From Minisyncoccota bacterium (GTDB taxonomy: Bacteria > Patescibacteriota > Minisyncoccia > Phycocordibacterales > UBA1006), in contig JAJOIF010000009.1 of the NCBI GenBank assembly GCA_021209525.1, positions 88,285 to 135,239 of the forward strand: 46,955 nt of DNA, written 5' to 3'. Position numbers and translations under genes: made by a program. Positions 45,206-46,955 of the stretch are shown one piece after another (the first letter of the stretch is position 1; every line of letters starts with the position of its first letter). The notes under the pieces were generated by a model, which was given only the letters and a program-made list of their open reading frames with translations, made no database searches and was not told the origin of the DNA.

Positions 45206-46156
45206 TTATAAAAAACCAAATAATTTTCCAGTAAAGAAAATATAAATGAGTACAAAGAATAATCCTTCCCAAATATGCATCTTGCGAGACAGTCCAGAAA
45301 AAATAAAGAGTAATGTCGATACTATCAAGAAGGGAAGCCCAATAGCAAATGTTTTGTCATCAAGGGCAAGTGGGCGAATGAGTGCTGGAATACCTGCAAC
45401 AGCGAGCATATTAAAGACATTAGATCCAAAGATATTCCCAAAAGCTACTTCTGCCTTGCCTTTGAGCGCGGCGCGTACTGATACAAATAATTCAGGGAGC
45501 GATGTTCCGAGGGCAACAGCAGAAATAGCAATAACACCAGGTGCAATACCCCAAATCGCCGAGAGCTGAATAACTGATTCAACGAGATATCGAGATCCTA
45601 AAATCAATCCAACACCCCCTACAACAAAGAGGAGTATTTCAAGCGCTGAAACTTTTTCTCGATTCTCTGATGGGAGGAGTACATCTTCTTCGGTGACGGC
45701 GAGCTCGTCTTTGTGCATAAGTGTGTATGCAATGTAGACAATTTGTCCAACCAAAAGAATGAGTGCTTCTGGGGATGTAATAATACGGTCCCACACAATA
45801 AGCACAAAGAGTCCTGTGGTTATTGCGAGAAGAGGAAGGTCGAGGTCTGCCAGGTCCTTTTGAATAGAGAGGCGTCGTCCAATGACCGCAGAGACACCCA
45901 TAACCAAGAGAATATTTGCGATATTTGAACCAATAACATTACCAGTAACAATATCTGTTGCACCTTGCAAGGTTGCAAAGATTCCTGAAATGAGTTCCGG
46001 AAGAGACGTTCCAATAGCAACAATCGTTGCTCCGATAATAAATGAAGACAATCCAATAAAGCGTCCAATTTTTTCTGCGCCGTCGAGAAACCATTCTCCT
46101 CCACGCAGCATAACGAGTAATGAAATAATAAATATGGCGATCCAAAAAAGTGTCAT
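45206..46156 (-). CDS. CaCA-family (YrbG-like) cation/Ca2+ antiporter
   Basis: Two alpha-repeats, AIGTSLPELISGI and ALGTSLPELFVSV. About 10 TM helices. Start set at internal ATG 46156 (MTLFWIAIF...). Confidence 0.85.
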   Translation of the reverse strand: MTLFWIAIFIISLLVMLRGGEWFLDGAEKIGRFIGLSSFIIGATIVAIGTSLPELISGIFATLQGATDIVTGNVIGSNIANILLVMGVSAVIGRRLSIQKDLADLDLPLLAITTGLFVLIVWDRIITSPEALILLVGQIVYIAYTLMHKDELAVTEEDVLLPSENREKVSALEILLFVVGGVGLILGSRYLVESVIQLSAIWGIAPGVIAISAVALGTSLPELFVSVRAALKGKAEVAFGNIFGSNVFNMLAVAGIPALIRPLALDDKTFAIGLPFLIVSTLLFIFSGLSRKMHIWEGLFFVLIYIFFTGKLFGFL

Positions 46157-46195
46157 ATGGGGTATATGGTACAGGAAAAGTTGAAGGGATACAAT

Positions 46196-46222
46196 CAAAA
46201 AACCCAAAGCTCTCGCTTTGAG
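46196..46222 (-). terminator. Intrinsic terminator (minus strand)
   Basis: The minus strand reads ctcaaagc-gaga-gctttggg followed by T6, just upstream of the antiporter start. Confidence 0.6.
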
Positions 46223-46345
46223 TTTTAAGATTGTATGTCCCTCCGGCAGGGATCGGCCACCCTCATGGCTCTCGTTTCGCGCTAGCGCACTCACTACGAG
46301 CGCATTCGCTCGGCCCCGCCGTTCGCGCCGTACTCGCTTTGCTCT

Positions 46346-46714
46346 GCAGTAGCTGCGTTTGGCGTTCCCATAGGAGGAGAATGGCTTGCCGCAGCACACG
46401 CAGGTGAATTGGTAGAACGCCTTGCGTTCCACCTGGTCTTGATGCGCATTCCACCAGTCCATGCGACACCCATCCGAGCAGTACTGCTTTTTCCTTTTGC
46501 CAGGGGTGTGTTCCAATCGTCTGCCACAGGTCTTGCAGTAGTCGTTTCCGATATCCCGGGGCACGTAGGTGGAGGATCTTTTCCCTCCGAGGTTGTGGGT
46601 CCTGCAGAAGGAACGCACGCAATCCTTGGACAGTCCCAGCCTCGATGCGATGGTGGTGTATCCCAGGCCGTCATTCCTCATTTCGGTGATTTGTGTTGTT
46701 TCTTTCTCCGTCAT
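46346..46714 (-). CDS. HTH (sigma-70 region-4-like) + zinc-ribbon protein of the kind carried on Firmicutes integrative/conjugative elements; 3' end unresolved
   Basis: MTEKETTQITEMRNDGLGYTTIASRLGLSKDCVRSFCRTHNL...YCSDGCRMDWWNAHQDQVERKAFYQFTCVCCGKPFSSYGNAKRSYC. Strong AGGAG Shine-Dalgarno site 6 nt upstream. High GC. No in-frame stop before the antiporter ORF. Confidence 0.55.
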
Positions 46715-46955
46715 CGGGTTCTCCTACTTATTACCGGAAAACCGTACCCCCCGGATTTCCTGGAAGCGTCTGTCCATCGGAATTCGATCACTTGGGCGGG
46801 AGTTTCTCCTGTTTCGGTTTTGATTCCGCAATTGATGGGGTCCCATGGATATCTCCCATTCCTTCCGATCATCGATCAGGTCGCGGTACGTCGCGGATGA
46901 GAACAGAGGGTTGAAGGGAAAAGACGTAAGTGATGGTCGGAGTAGATTTCAACAG

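Noticed and set aside
45206-46714. 502-aa ORF suggesting an HTH/zinc-ribbon-antiporter fusion protein
   Set aside because: The composition changes abruptly at about 46250. A terminator hairpin with a T-run lies inside the ORF at 46196-46222. A normal-length CaCA antiporter starts at the internal ATG 46156. The read-through is most simply a chance lack of a stop codon at a junction.
1-46955. tRNA, rRNA, tmRNA and SRP RNA genes in the larger intergenic gaps (13.2, 19.9, 22.7, 35.3, 36.4, 39.1, 40.5 kb)
   Set aside because: I found no T-loop GGTTCGAATCC-type box, tmRNA tRNA-like end or SRP domain IV motif by eye. A proper tRNAscan/Infernal run is needed for certainty.

Overview
The window is a low-GC (by eye high-30s %), gene-dense bacterial chromosome segment spanning the replication-origin neighbourhood: jag-yidC-yidD-rnpA-rpmH | oriC | dnaA-dnaN. 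The compact gene set looks like a reduced-genome, CPR/Patescibacteria-like bacterium. Supporting signs are a short YidC, a compact YebC, a T4SS-pilin-like/NlpC-P60 surface protein, a CxxC-x17-CxxC protein and many promoters that abut the start codon. This assignment is inference, because no rRNA is present. Housekeeping genes include PBP1A, tyrS, ruvB-yebC-ruvC, pilB, tsaE, an M20 peptidase, polA, class I aldolase, holA-like and a CaCA antiporter.

Accessory content:
- An island of monocistronic secreted proteins (22.9-29.1 kb) that includes a paralogous pair with different repeat tails.
- A four-gene carotenoid cluster (crtI, lycopene-elongase-like UbiA, crtB, GGPP synthase).
- A candidate 6S-like rod-shaped ncRNA with a consensus promoter, next to phased DnaA-box-like repeats.
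- A roughly 115-nt noncoding element present in two copies bracketing polA, with a compensatory helix change between copies.
- A compositionally foreign (higher-GC) unknown gene behind a host-type promoter.
- A LexA-like repressor divergent from a tiny basic ORF.
- A minimal ABC-type ATPase module.
- An abrupt switch to high-GC, Firmicutes-ICE-like sequence in the last ~700 nt.

Two genes are broken in poly-A/T runs, so homopolymer sequencing error is plausible. I found no rRNA, tRNA or CRISPR array by eye.
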